Source: Candidatus Woesearchaeota archaeon (GTDB lineage Archaea; Nanobdellota; Nanobdellia; Woesearchaeales; UBA10216). Taken from it: 64,000 nucleotides of DNA. Both the position numbers and the translations under genes were made by a program. The stretch is from NCBI GenBank assembly GCA_016180065.1, contig JACPBY010000006.1:3233-67232 (forward strand), written 5' to 3'. The notes beneath the pieces were generated by a model. The model searched no databases. It had not been told where the DNA came from and saw nothing but the letters and a program-made list of their open reading frames with translations. Positions 53,601 to 62,260 of the stretch are shown here, in pieces. Every line of letters begins with the position of its first letter. The first letter of the stretch is position 1.

Positions 53601-54284
53601 ACCAACACGGGAACATGCCTGCTGCAGGGCATTGAGATAAAAACAGCACCACCTATTGACTCATACATCACAGTTGAAAATAGCAAGGTTGCAGAGCTAA
53701 AGCCCTCAGAAAGCTTCAGGTTTGCCATAAGAACAAAAACAGCCTCACCACAATACAACCAGCCTGTGCAGGGATTTGCCGTAAAGGAACAAAGGAAGAT
53801 ATCTGTGCACAATGGAAAGATACTCATCACCGGAAGAGGGGTGAAAGGAATGGGGCTTGAAACAAATGGCATGGAGGGAAGCGAGCTGCTTAAAGAGATA
53901 CAGCTGAACATAGAAGTCTACGAGCCGGAACAGAAAAGCGGCAAAAACCAGCTGGCATCGCTGCTGCTCGGCACCTTAACACTTGCAGGGCTTCTCGGAG
54001 TCGGCTACAGCATGATAAAGCGAAACCTTTTTGCTCACAGCGGTTCGCAAAAAGCTTTACCAAAAAACGAGCCACAGGAGAATCACGAAGCGCACCACGA
54101 GCACAAGCACGAACCCATAAGCCACACCCCGCTGGAAACAGAGGCAGCAGGCTTCGAGGAAAACCTCAAACTGTTCGAGGAAAAATGGAAAAAACAACAG
54201 GACGACGAACAACAGCAGAAGGAAAGCGGCGGCAGCCCTGATGCCAAGGACGAAGGCAACAGCGAAGGAAATATGAAGGATTAA
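50631..54284 (+). CDS. giant surface protein (1217 aa) with N-terminal signal/anchor and C-terminal TM plus an acidic/His tail
   Basis: N-terminal LLVLSLVLLVALVLL and C-terminal LASLLLGTLTLAGLLGVGY. Internal Cys-module repeats and an Asn-x-Thr tract. Confidence 0.8.
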   Translation: MKWSKQAQKLLVLSLVLLVALVLLDRLQPRLTTTPLSGYAVYETRQLTWDFDDESDYTYDSSLVDISGGEAKLKPITTTAEISDSQQLKLPKGNSSELAITGISDSEYATAELNAGDSYYGDKNYKITAIPAGLQGMLWLKTEQDDHDSKKNVSFTTNKPIKVFVGYDKRKETAPDWLQSWAYWGEGITTDDDKATPFKLYYKDFAAGNILLGSNNKAKAMYVVLLNNTAYSSSAIYTSSAISYEGKPKTIAFAAENPAGTTVKLQIRTAEAQDGLESAQWLGPTSTGDYYTAPGEPINSAHSKGGWLQYKAVLETVDAAGTPTLSGVTIAAEKSAYAESATVTTNNYNFEKSVEVQSITADEEPNGQTVSYAYSTDSGSSWTATSPGESISVKTGKLAVKAVLSSNTTHTPAVKAIIASYKTSVCDENWQAAYTSCSKNDEKRKYYRDANACGSTEDLPADNGTTEGCNYCSPEWANANSSCRNDDRIAVSYFYTNDCCSETGLQSDCTIPQNTTATCDYCTPLWTETNSSCGKDDKIAAAYNDANNCYAATGLASDNNKPNSRAYGCDYCKQSYSCISYGECSEGNTKECILANDSNSCYAQTGLATDSYSGDYSEFQAGCTYDNEIPVVNGAAAAIENGILTITANVTDKSSTTVTAMIVRDGMALMSIALANTTKETYAGTANAAELKGAYLIAIAARDRYNNTAKARGAAGITVGADKSAAADVSVNSTRKALLKLTNTTTAELTGKAGEGAAGKLILAEHRKDPKNSTKPSLKKELRRYVEIEADEDLKSNISLATLRINYSEEETSAANVSEESLAMYFYNETASLWEELNSTANIAQNYVEGNTTHLSLFGIFGNETVNLTINLTINETNLTANITNLTTNATINQTTNATNTTANATTNETTNATGSQNAQQQAQAETAAAEGGGGAGGNAAKPEENKTGEKAEATAETAEGASEGCSYDLSVGMEGKPSLINKTEINATLTNTGTCLLQGIEIKTAPPIDSYITVENSKVAELKPSESFRFAIRTKTASPQYNQPVQGFAVKEQRKISVHNGKILITGRGVKGMGLETNGMEGSELLKEIQLNIEVYEPEQKSGKNQLASLLLGTLTLAGLLGVGYSMIKRNLFAHSGSQKALPKNEPQENHEAHHEHKHEPISHTPLETEAAGFEENLKLFEEKWKKQQDDEQQQKESGGSPDAKDEGNSEGNMKD
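51904..52500 (+). repeat. in-frame repeats of a ~45-aa Cys module (C-[DN]-Y-C-x-P-x-W..NSSC..D-x-I..Y-x-D-x-N-C..TGL-x-SD)
   Basis: CNYCSPEWANANSSC, CDYCTPLWTETNSSC and CDYCKQSYSC, each followed by ..C(C/Y)..TGL(Q/A)(S/T)D. Confidence 0.65.
53216..53380 (+). repeat. low-complexity tract encoding stacked N-x-T sequons
   Basis: NETVNLTINLTINETNLTANITNLTTNATINQTTNATNTTANATTNETTNAT. Confidence 0.7.
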
Positions 54285-54327
54285 ATAGCCAGCAAAATGG
54301 CAACAACAAAAACAGGGTGAAAAACTG

Positions 54328-54813
54328 ATGGCAGCACTTCAAACCCAAACATTTCTCTCCTTAGGCGCAGTTGGCATCGCCATTGCATTATTCCTGATAA
54401 GCGTGCTTTACAACTCCTTAATACTATGGGTTACGACCAAGCTCCTCTTCAAACTGCCAAACGCAAGGTTCAAGACAGCGCTTATTGCAGCGCTCGCGGC
54501 AGGAGCGATAGACCTCGCTGTGGGCATAATCCTGAAGTTCATCATAGCAGCAGCCTTGGGAGCCGTATCAACCACGTTAACAGCAGGAGCCACGCTCGCG
54601 GCAGGGCTGCTTAACCTTGTGCTTGGGTGGGCGGCAATGTTCACAATCAATTCGCTCACAGCCAGAAAGCTCTACAAGCTCCAGACAGGAAAATCCTTCC
54701 TGATAGGGCTTGTGTGGACAGCGGCTGCCATAATTATAGGCGCCATAATCGGCCTAATCACAGCTGCAATAATCGTAGCAGTGGCACTGGCAACGGTAAA
54801 GCCGGTGTATTAA
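54328..54813 (+). CDS. hypothetical membrane protein (4-5 TM, A/G/I/L-rich)
   Basis: 161-aa hydrophobic translation. Confidence 0.55.
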   Translation: MAALQTQTFLSLGAVGIAIALFLISVLYNSLILWVTTKLLFKLPNARFKTALIAALAAGAIDLAVGIILKFIIAAALGAVSTTLTAGATLAAGLLNLVLGWAAMFTINSLTARKLYKLQTGKSFLIGLVWTAAAIIIGAIIGLITAAIIVAVALATVKPVY

Positions 54814-54814
54814 C

Positions 54815-55252
54815 TCACTTTCTGGCTTTCTCGAGAATTCCTTTGAGCAGCGCATTGAGGCTCTGGTCATTGACCTTGATGACCTTCCACCTGACGCCTG
54901 GAATGTCGCCGTAAGAACGCCCCTTCCTGCCGCCGATGCACTCAACCATAACCTCGTCGTGCTCGTCAATCAGCTTGGAAGCGCCATCGCCCGGGCAGAA
55001 AGCCGTCACCTGCCTGCCATTCTTGATCAATTGGACGCGAACGCACTTCCTCATAGCAGAGTTAGGCTGCTTTGCCTCAAACTGCACCTTTTCAAGAACA
55101 ATGCCCTTAGCCTGCCAGGAGCCCTCCAAAGGGTCTGACTTAACCTTCATGTTCAGCACCCTGGCAACGTAAGAATGCTTAGCCCACCTCGCCTTAGCCC
55201 TCCTCTTTGCAAGGGAGCTTCCAGCGTTCAATCCACGAGCCTTGTTTGCCAT
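54815..55252 (-). CDS. rps12: 30S ribosomal protein S12 (uS12)
   Basis: Contains [43 protein letters not shown]. Confidence 0.95.
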   Translation of the reverse strand: MANKARGLNAGSSLAKRRAKARWAKHSYVARVLNMKVKSDPLEGSWQAKGIVLEKVQFEAKQPNSAMRKCVRVQLIKNGRQVTAFCPGDGASKLIDEHDEVMVECIGGRKGRSYGDIPGVRWKVIKVNDQSLNALLKGILEKARK

Positions 55253-55374
55253 GAGAGATATGAAGCATTAAGAGGTTATTTATAAACGTTACTGCCGCAT
55301 TGGTGCTTTCAAGTTCAAACCAAGCAAACGTTTCAACGCCAGCTTAACCAAAAACTATTTAAACGCAACAGGGG

Positions 55375-55725
55375 ATGAATGGACGTTTTGCTATGAAACA
55401 GCGCAGTAAGGCCAGAACTGGTAAAAGCCCGCGCAAAGCTAAGAAAGCAGCAAAGGCATCTAGGCGAAAAGCGCTGAAAACACATATGCGTACTGCTTCC
55501 AGGGCTGGAAAGGCGAAGCCAAGGCAGCAAGTGCGGCCTGTGCAGGCTGCCACACAGCCTCATAAGGCTTCTGAGGACGTGCCAACGCTTGAGCAGGTAA
55601 CCATTACCTGTGCCAATTGCGGCAGGCCGTTCAAGCTGTTCAAGCTTAAAGGGCTCAGCCTGGAAGGCACAATCTGCCAGCGCTGTTCATTAGGGGAAAT
55701 GGAACTGCCTGAAAGCTTTGGATAA
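55375..55725 (+). CDS. basic protein with C-terminal zinc ribbon
   Basis: K/R/A-rich N-terminal half, then CANCGRPF..CQRC. Confidence 0.5.
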   Translation: MNGRFAMKQRSKARTGKSPRKAKKAAKASRRKALKTHMRTASRAGKAKPRQQVRPVQAATQPHKASEDVPTLEQVTITCANCGRPFKLFKLKGLSLEGTICQRCSLGEMELPESFG

Positions 55726-55766
55726 TTCAGCAACCAATTTATACCCCTGCATCTTCAGCAGCAGCC

Positions 55767-56492
55767 ATGGCTTTGGTTGAAATTTTGCCTGGCATAGAAA
55801 TAGCAGACTTGGCGCTTTACCTCAAGAAGGAGCGCATCCTCGTTATTGGCGATGTCCACTTGGGCTTTGAGGAGGCTATGGCAAGGCAGGGCGTTTTCCT
55901 GCCAAGGTTCCAGTTTAAAGACACAATTGACAGGTTAGGGAAAATTTTCCCGCTGCTGCAACAAAAACTGGAAGCAATAGTCATAAACGGCGACCTGAAG
56001 CATGAGTTTGCCTCAATTTCCAGCCAGGAATGGCGTGAAATCCTGAAATTCTTTGACTTCCTGCTGCGGCATTCCAAGCAGATAATCATCGTTAAAGGCA
56101 ACCACGACGTTAAGCTCTCGCCCATAGCCAGGAAGAGAAATATTGCTGTTGTGGAAAATATTGCGGCCAATGACAAGTTCATCTGCCACGGGCACATTGT
56201 TCCCGGCAGCAGCGAGTTCGAAAAGTCAAAAATCGTGATTGTCGGCAACGAGCACCCTGCCGTTTCACTGAGGGAAGGCGCAAGGTCTGAGCTTTACAAG
56301 TGCTTTCTTGTCGGCAAATGGCAGGATAAAAAAATGGTCGTCATGCCCTCTTTCAACCAGGTCACAATCGGCTCAGACATCCTCAAGGAGAAGTTTATCA
56401 GCCCATTCATGCGGCAGGACCTGGGCAGGTTTGAGGTTTTCGTGGCTGGCGACAAGGTCTACCCATTTGGCAAAGTAAGAAGCCTTGCATAA
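55767..56492 (+). CDS. calcineurin-like metallophosphoesterase (archaeal SbcD/Mre11-related small type)
   Basis: Contains VIGDVHLG, INGDLKH, VKGNHD, CHGH, GNEHP. Confidence 0.85.
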   Translation: MALVEILPGIEIADLALYLKKERILVIGDVHLGFEEAMARQGVFLPRFQFKDTIDRLGKIFPLLQQKLEAIVINGDLKHEFASISSQEWREILKFFDFLLRHSKQIIIVKGNHDVKLSPIARKRNIAVVENIAANDKFICHGHIVPGSSEFEKSKIVIVGNEHPAVSLREGARSELYKCFLVGKWQDKKMVVMPSFNQVTIGSDILKEKFISPFMRQDLGRFEVFVAGDKVYPFGKVRSLA

Positions 56493-56519
56493 ATGAATTA
56501 AATGGTTTGCATGGCAATC

Positions 56520-57086
56520 CTAAGCCATCTTCTTGAGTATGTCCGCCTTCGTTATCACGCCTTCCGGCTTGCCGTTTTCCGCAACGATGACTATTGGCGA
56601 GTGCCTCAGGAGCTCTGTTATTGCCGCGGCTGGCGTTGTTTTTGCCACAACGGGAGGGGCTTCCTCCATGATGTCTTTTGTGCGCAGCCTTTCCGGATTT
56701 TTTCCCTCGGCCAGCTGTTCTATTATCGTTGTTTCAGAAACCATCCCAACTACTGCCCCGCCCTCAACTATTGGCAGCTGTGATATGCTGTGCGCCTTCA
56801 TCTTCCTGACAACCTCTGCCACAGGCTCATTTTTGCCCGCCGAAACAATCCTGCCGGTCATGAGCTGCTGTGCCTTCAGCCCTTTTTCCCGCTCCAGCCC
56901 GTGAAGCACTTCAAGAATGCGCTTTACATGGCTGTATGTCGGGTCAACTGTTCCTGTTTCTATCTTTGCAATAAGGCTTTGGGACACTCCTGCCAGCTTT
57001 GCAAGCTGGGTTTGCGTCAGGCCGTGCTTCTTCCTCAGCAGCCTTGCTTCCTGAAGCTCCGGGCTTGCATTTGCGCCATGTATCAT
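56520..57086 (-). CDS. XRE-type HTH transcriptional regulator with a C-terminal CBS pair
   Basis: LRKKHGLTQTQLAKLAGVSQSLIAKIETG followed by two CBS-like segments. Confidence 0.85.
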   Translation of the reverse strand: MIHGANASPELQEARLLRKKHGLTQTQLAKLAGVSQSLIAKIETGTVDPTYSHVKRILEVLHGLEREKGLKAQQLMTGRIVSAGKNEPVAEVVRKMKAHSISQLPIVEGGAVVGMVSETTIIEQLAEGKNPERLRTKDIMEEAPPVVAKTTPAAAITELLRHSPIVIVAENGKPEGVITKADILKKMA

Positions 57087-57526
57087 TAGAAAAGCTCTTC
57101 TTCTCCCTTACCCACATCTTCAATGAGGTCCTGGGCTTTGCCTTCATACGCAACATTTACGGATTGCCTTCCGCAGTAGGGGCAGGAGCTGATTTCAACG
57201 TCCTTTTTTCTGGAGAACTTGAACCTGCACGCCCTGCAGTAGTAGTTTACCGTCCCGCTATCCGCAGTTGCTCTTAAGGCTGCTTCTTGGCCTTTGCTCT
57301 TGGCCATCATCTGCTCCTTCTGCAGCCTTAGCGCGCTTGGCTGCGTTGTGCCGGGCTTTATGCCGCTTCTTTCCTTATCTACGCAGTTTTGGCAGATAAG
57401 CTTCGAGCCTGCCAGGTTGTACCGCATTGCATTCATCTGCGTCCTTGTGCCGCAGTTTCCGCACGTCAGCATCCCGCTCAATGGCATGCCTTCATTGCCA
57501 TGCCTTGTATTTTTAAATTTTGTCAC
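57086..57526 (-). CDS. double zinc-ribbon protein
   Basis: CGNCG..CQNC and CRAC..CPYCG. Its stop overlaps the downstream HTH-CBS gene start. Confidence 0.6.
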   Translation of the reverse strand: MTKFKNTRHGNEGMPLSGMLTCGNCGTRTQMNAMRYNLAGSKLICQNCVDKERSGIKPGTTQPSALRLQKEQMMAKSKGQEAALRATADSGTVNYYCRACRFKFSRKKDVEISSCPYCGRQSVNVAYEGKAQDLIEDVGKGEEELF

Positions 57527-57650
57527 ACCATGGTGCTATTGGCACAGCAGATTTGCAGATGCCAGTGGTGACAATTATACTCACGGGCAAATGATGCCCC
57601 GGCATGTAGGCACCGTTGAAAGCCTCTTTCTTCAACGCAGCCTGCCGCCT

Positions 57651-58121
57651 CTATGCAACCCTGGCTTCCTTAATGGGAAAATACCGCTTAAGGATTGCCT
57701 CGTAATTCCTGAGATTCTTTCCAGCCCTGCCTATAATGTAGCCGCGGCTGCCCGGCTCAGGGTCTATCGTTACAATCCCGCCAGCAAGCCCGATGCTTCT
57801 TGCCTTTGAAGGCCGGATCAGATTTTCAACAAAGCTGTTAAGGTCATCCGAGAACTCAACTATCCTGATTTTTTTCTTCAGCACTGCCTCAAGGCGCTTC
57901 ACATTTGAGCCGGCCCGGCCTACTGCGATGCCAAACTGTGTTGCTTCAACAACAAAAACAAGCATGCCATTATTGTCAACAAAGCAGTCCTTCAGCTTTG
58001 CCCTCGTAACTGACTCGAAAAATGACATCAGCTTCATCAAAGTGCTGTCATACCTTATTCTCTGCAAATTACTTCCTGTTTCCTTTTCGCCAGAATCAGC
58101 AACAACAGCCATCTTAAGCAA
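57651..58121 (-). CDS. nusA: archaeal NusA-like termination factor (two KH domains)
   Basis: GIAVGRAGSNVKRL and YIIGRAGKNLRNY. Positioned after L30e. Confidence 0.88.
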   Translation of the reverse strand: MLKMAVVADSGEKETGSNLQRIRYDSTLMKLMSFFESVTRAKLKDCFVDNNGMLVFVVEATQFGIAVGRAGSNVKRLEAVLKKKIRIVEFSDDLNSFVENLIRPSKARSIGLAGGIVTIDPEPGSRGYIIGRAGKNLRNYEAILKRYFPIKEARVA

Positions 58122-58145
58122 CCCTCTGGCATGCAGGCCAAATGC

Positions 58146-58409
58146 CTATTTTAGAATGCCAACCACAGCTACCGGGAACGGCTTTTTGCACAGGATGCCA
58201 AGCTCATCATTGGGCACGGCAATGTCCAGAATCTCACAGCCCTGTGCTTCACAGGCCTGCATTAATCCTGCCTTAACTTTCTCCATGCAGTTTGAAGCAA
58301 CAAAAACCCTCGCAAGCTTGCCAAGCTTGAGCAGCTTTACAGTTTCGTCAGTACCCAGGACAAGCTTTCCTCCCTGAACGCTCTTCCGCAATTCTGCCAA
58401 CGCTTCCAT
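58146..58409 (-). CDS. rpl30e: 50S ribosomal protein L30e (eL30)
   Basis: LRKSVQGGKLVLGTDETVKLLKLGKLARVFVASNC. The ATG at 58409 is preferred, because the listed start at 58430 reads through the 17-nt tandem repeat. Confidence 0.85.
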   Translation of the reverse strand: MEALAELRKSVQGGKLVLGTDETVKLLKLGKLARVFVASNCMEKVKAGLMQACEAQGCEILDIAVPNDELGILCKKPFPVAVVGILK

Positions 58410-58411
58410 TA

Positions 58412-58452
58412 AAAATCCGCCTCCGAGCAAAATCCGCCTCCGAGCGGATTTT
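58412..58452. repeat. tandem duplication of AAAATCCGCCTCCGAGC; the second unit forms the hairpin AAAATCCGC-CTCCGA-GCGGATTTT
   Basis: Units at 58412..58428 and 58429..58445, followed by GGATTTT. Lies between the rpoA2 stop and the rpl30e start. Confidence 0.7.
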
Positions 58453-58509
58453 GGGTTTCTACGTTACAAACAACTGCTAACACTTGAGTAACGCTCCTTA
58501 CTGTTGCCA

Positions 58510-59673
58510 TTATTTGTTTTTGGAAATAAGCTTCGTGATTCCAGTGCCAACCGGTATTGGCTGGTTAAGCATAACGTTCTCAACAACAGACGACAGATTG
58601 TCAACCTCGCCATAAAGGCTGGCGTTGATGATGTGCTTTATGGGCGTTTCAAAGCTGGCTCGGGCAAGAACGCTTGCCTTCTCGCTGACAACACCATACC
58701 TTGTAATGCCCTTAACCTTGCCATTGGCACACATCACATCAGCCACCAGCATAAGGTGCCTTATGTCAACATTAAGGCCCTGCGTTTCAATAACCTTGTA
58801 AACCTCATCAATGATAGCCTGTCTCGCAGCCTCCACTCCAAGGGTTGACTCAATCTCAAAAACATCGTTAGTTGTTGTGCGGGTTTCATCAACAAAGGGA
58901 AGCTGCAGCACCTTCTTGATGTTTGAGCCGAAAGTCAGTATCACATACTCATCATTCTTCCTCACAGGCAGCACCTGCGTCACTCCCCTCACTCCCTTAA
59001 CATAGGCTTCCTTTGCCTTTTCCTTAAGCTTGAAAACATCACTGACGCCACTCTCCTTGGCCTTTGCCTTCATGAAAAGAGTGCTGCCTTTCACATCAAC
59101 AACTATGCTGGGCACGCTTGCCTTTAAAGCCTTGATAAGGGTAACATCACTGATTCCAAGCTCCCTCATCCTGAGCAGGTCAAGCTGCGCCTCTATCCTG
59201 CTGTCTGCAACATTGATTGAGAACTCTGTAACTATGTCCTGCAGGCAGGTCTCCTTTATCATCAAAGCAACTTTCTTAATATCCTGGCCCTCGGAGTACG
59301 GCTTTTTCAGGTAAATCTCCATCATTGGGGTTATGAGCTTCTTCCTGCCATCAAGTATCTCAATAATCCTCGGAAGGCCCATGGTGACGTTCATCTCTGA
59401 AACGCCTGCGAAATGGAACGTATCCAGCGTCATCTGGGTTCCCGGCTCACCAATGGACTCTGCAGCAACCAGGCCAACTGATTCGCCAGGCTCAACCTTC
59501 ATCTCATTATACTCTGCAACAAGCTTCTTAGCAACCAAAGCCGCCTTTGATTCTGAAAGCTTTTCAGGAAGGCTCTCTGCCATGCTCTGATATATTGATT
59601 CTGGCAGAATCCCCTGCAGCTCTTTTAAAGCATCAGATACCATTTTTTCCACGTCACCCTTCCAAAGCCTCAT
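58510..59673 (-). CDS. rpoA2: DNA-directed RNA polymerase subunit A''
   Basis: Contains [25 protein letters not shown]. Shows a 20-nt overlap with the rpoA1 stop. Confidence 0.95.
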   Translation of the reverse strand: MRLWKGDVEKMVSDALKELQGILPESIYQSMAESLPEKLSESKAALVAKKLVAEYNEMKVEPGESVGLVAAESIGEPGTQMTLDTFHFAGVSEMNVTMGLPRIIEILDGRKKLITPMMEIYLKKPYSEGQDIKKVALMIKETCLQDIVTEFSINVADSRIEAQLDLLRMRELGISDVTLIKALKASVPSIVVDVKGSTLFMKAKAKESGVSDVFKLKEKAKEAYVKGVRGVTQVLPVRKNDEYVILTFGSNIKKVLQLPFVDETRTTTNDVFEIESTLGVEAARQAIIDEVYKVIETQGLNVDIRHLMLVADVMCANGKVKGITRYGVVSEKASVLARASFETPIKHIINASLYGEVDNLSSVVENVMLNQPIPVGTGITKLISKNK

Positions 59674-62242
59674 TCACAGCTCGCTTCACGTTAAGCACCC
59701 CGCCCTCAGACTTTGAAACATCAAGGCTGTCCTCACCGTAAGAAAACTGCACAATCCTGCCGCCAGAATCCCTTACCGTGTTGTCATACTCAACTTTCAG
59801 GTCCTGCAAAGCATTGGCCAGCCTCCTGTAAAGGTATCCTGACTTTGGTGTCCTCAATGCAGTGTCCATTAAGGCATCCCTGCCCACTATCGACTGGAAG
59901 AAGAACTCAGCAGGCCTGAGGCCTGACTTGAAGCTGTTCTTGATAAAGCCGCGAGACTCAGCGCTCAGGTCGCCCTTCCTGAAACATGAAAGGGTGCGGC
60001 CATAATAGCCGTTCTCTATCCTTCTTCCCCTCAATGCCTGCTGGCCAACGCAGCCGGCCATCTGGGCAAGATTAAGAGGGGTTCCCCTCGCTCCGGAAAT
60101 AGCCATCACTATAGTGTGGGACGCCTCGACATTCATTGCTACAATCTTGCCTGTCTCATCCCTTGCCCTGTTAAGCACCTCAAGGATTTTCAGCTCCAAT
60201 GTTTCTTTCAATGTCCTGCCAGGCAGCGCTTCAAGCTGGCCTGAGTTGTAGTGCGAAATCAAGCCTGCGACTTCCTTCTCAGCCCTTTCAAAAACATTCT
60301 GGATCTGCAGCCTGGCTTCAGGCGGAAGGTCTGTGTCAGACACAGCAGTCGTAAACCCCCTCTTCATCAGCACAGCAACACCAAGCTTGAACACCTTGCC
60401 AAGAACATCAAGCGCAAAATGCCGGCCGTACTTCTTGTGAAGGTTCCTGAGCAGCAAGCCAGAGCCCTCACCAAGATTGTTTTTGTCCATAACCCCGCTG
60501 ACAAGCTTGCCGTCCTTAATCACTACCTCAGGCTCCTCCCTGGACTTTGACCGGCCAGCAAAGCTAAAGTCATCAGGCAAAAGCGCACTGAAGATTTCCT
60601 TGCCTGCAACAACATCCTTCTTCGGAAGCTTCGAAGAGTCTGCAATGCCTGCGGAAGCCAGAAGGTTCACAGCATCCTGCCGTGACATCGAAAATCCATT
60701 TTTGGTGAGAAGGTAATTGCCTGATATGGCGTCCTGAATGCAACCGATAACAGACAGGCCATACCTTGGGCTAATCATCTGGGTGTCAACAATCATGAGC
60801 AGCTCAGCCTCAGCCCTGGCTTCCTCTGTCTGTGGAATGTGAAGGTTCATCTCATCACCATCAAAGTCTGCATTGTACGGGAAGCAAACAGCAGGGTTAA
60901 GCCTTAGCGTCTTGAAAGGCAAAACCCTGACCTTGTGGCACATCATGCTCATCCTGTGAAGCGAGGGCTGCCTGTTAAAAACCGCAATGTCCCCATCCAT
61001 CACATGCCGCTCAACAATGTAGCCCGGCTGAAGCTCCTCAATCGAGGCCTCTATGGTTTCCTCAGTAAGCCTCTTCTTCCTGCCGTCAGGCCTGACCACA
61101 TAATTTGCGCCAGGGTAAGCTTTAGGCCCTCTCCTGACAAACTCCTTAAGGTAGTTAATGTTCCATTCAGTAACTCTTTCAGGAACAGTAAGCTTCATAG
61201 CCATAATATCAGGCATTCCAACCTCATTAAGCTCAAGCAGCGGGTCAGGGCTTATGACAGTCCTGGCAGAAAAGTTAGTCCTCTTGCCCGTAAGGTTATG
61301 CCTTATCCTGCCTTCCTTGCTCTTTATCCTCTCTGTCAATGTTTTCAGCGGCTGGCCTGACCGGTGACGGGCAGGAGGAAGCTGGGCCACTTCATTGTCA
61401 AAAAACGTGGTTATGTGATACTGCAGAAGGTCCCAAAGGTCCTCCACGATTATCTCGGGAGCGCCTGCATTGATGTTCTCAAACAGCCTCTGGTTTATCC
61501 TTACAATGTCACCAAGCTTGTGCGTAAGGTCATCCTCAGAGCGCTCACCTGTCTCAAGCGTAATTGAAGGCCTCATGGTAACAGGAGGAATTGGCAGCAC
61601 CGTAATGACTATCCACTCAGGCCTTACTGCAGCAGGGTTAAGGCCGAAAAGCTCCACATCCGCATCAGTAATCTTCTCCAGCCTGCTCCTCAGCTCAATC
61701 GGCGAGATTCTCCTTTCATCCTCAAAGAACGTTGTTGGCTTCTCAATGACTATCTTCTTCTGCTTTGCCTTGCAATGCGGGCAGCGGCTGCCGGACCTTA
61801 ATGCGTTTATGATGTCCTTGAGCTTCTTTCTCATGACATCAGAACCCTTGTCCTTTCCCAAGCGCTTTAGCCTGTCAGCATACTGCTCAATCTTTGCTGC
61901 CGGCAAAAGCACCCTTGAGCATTCCCTGCACGTGTACCTGAGCAGGGTAAGTATAACAGAAACGAAGCTGATGTGAATAACCGGCCTTGCAAGCGCGATG
62001 TAGCCAAAATGGCCTGTGCACTCCTTAAGCTTTGAGCCACAGGTCTTGCACCTCAATCCAGGGTCAATAACGCCAAGCCTGACATCCATCAGGCCACCAT
62101 CAACAGGATACCCTTCCTTGTCGTAAAGCTCAGGCGTCACAATCTTTGCAGCAGCTATCTTCCTTATGAGCTTGGGGCTGAGCACGCCAAATACCACGGT
62201 GCTCACCTTCTTGTAAACGTACGGCTCTTCAGCGTCAGGCAT
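59654..62242 (-). CDS. rpoA1: DNA-directed RNA polymerase subunit A'
   Basis: Zn motif [18 protein letters not shown] and catalytic [13 protein letters not shown]. Confidence 0.95.
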   Translation of the reverse strand: MPDAEEPYVYKKVSTVVFGVLSPKLIRKIAAAKIVTPELYDKEGYPVDGGLMDVRLGVIDPGLRCKTCGSKLKECTGHFGYIALARPVIHISFVSVILTLLRYTCRECSRVLLPAAKIEQYADRLKRLGKDKGSDVMRKKLKDIINALRSGSRCPHCKAKQKKIVIEKPTTFFEDERRISPIELRSRLEKITDADVELFGLNPAAVRPEWIVITVLPIPPVTMRPSITLETGERSEDDLTHKLGDIVRINQRLFENINAGAPEIIVEDLWDLLQYHITTFFDNEVAQLPPARHRSGQPLKTLTERIKSKEGRIRHNLTGKRTNFSARTVISPDPLLELNEVGMPDIMAMKLTVPERVTEWNINYLKEFVRRGPKAYPGANYVVRPDGRKKRLTEETIEASIEELQPGYIVERHVMDGDIAVFNRQPSLHRMSMMCHKVRVLPFKTLRLNPAVCFPYNADFDGDEMNLHIPQTEEARAEAELLMIVDTQMISPRYGLSVIGCIQDAISGNYLLTKNGFSMSRQDAVNLLASAGIADSSKLPKKDVVAGKEIFSALLPDDFSFAGRSKSREEPEVVIKDGKLVSGVMDKNNLGEGSGLLLRNLHKKYGRHFALDVLGKVFKLGVAVLMKRGFTTAVSDTDLPPEARLQIQNVFERAEKEVAGLISHYNSGQLEALPGRTLKETLELKILEVLNRARDETGKIVAMNVEASHTIVMAISGARGTPLNLAQMAGCVGQQALRGRRIENGYYGRTLSCFRKGDLSAESRGFIKNSFKSGLRPAEFFFQSIVGRDALMDTALRTPKSGYLYRRLANALQDLKVEYDNTVRDSGGRIVQFSYGEDSLDVSKSEGGVLNVKRAVNEALEG

Positions 62243-62260
62243 TTTTAGTCTTACCTCATG

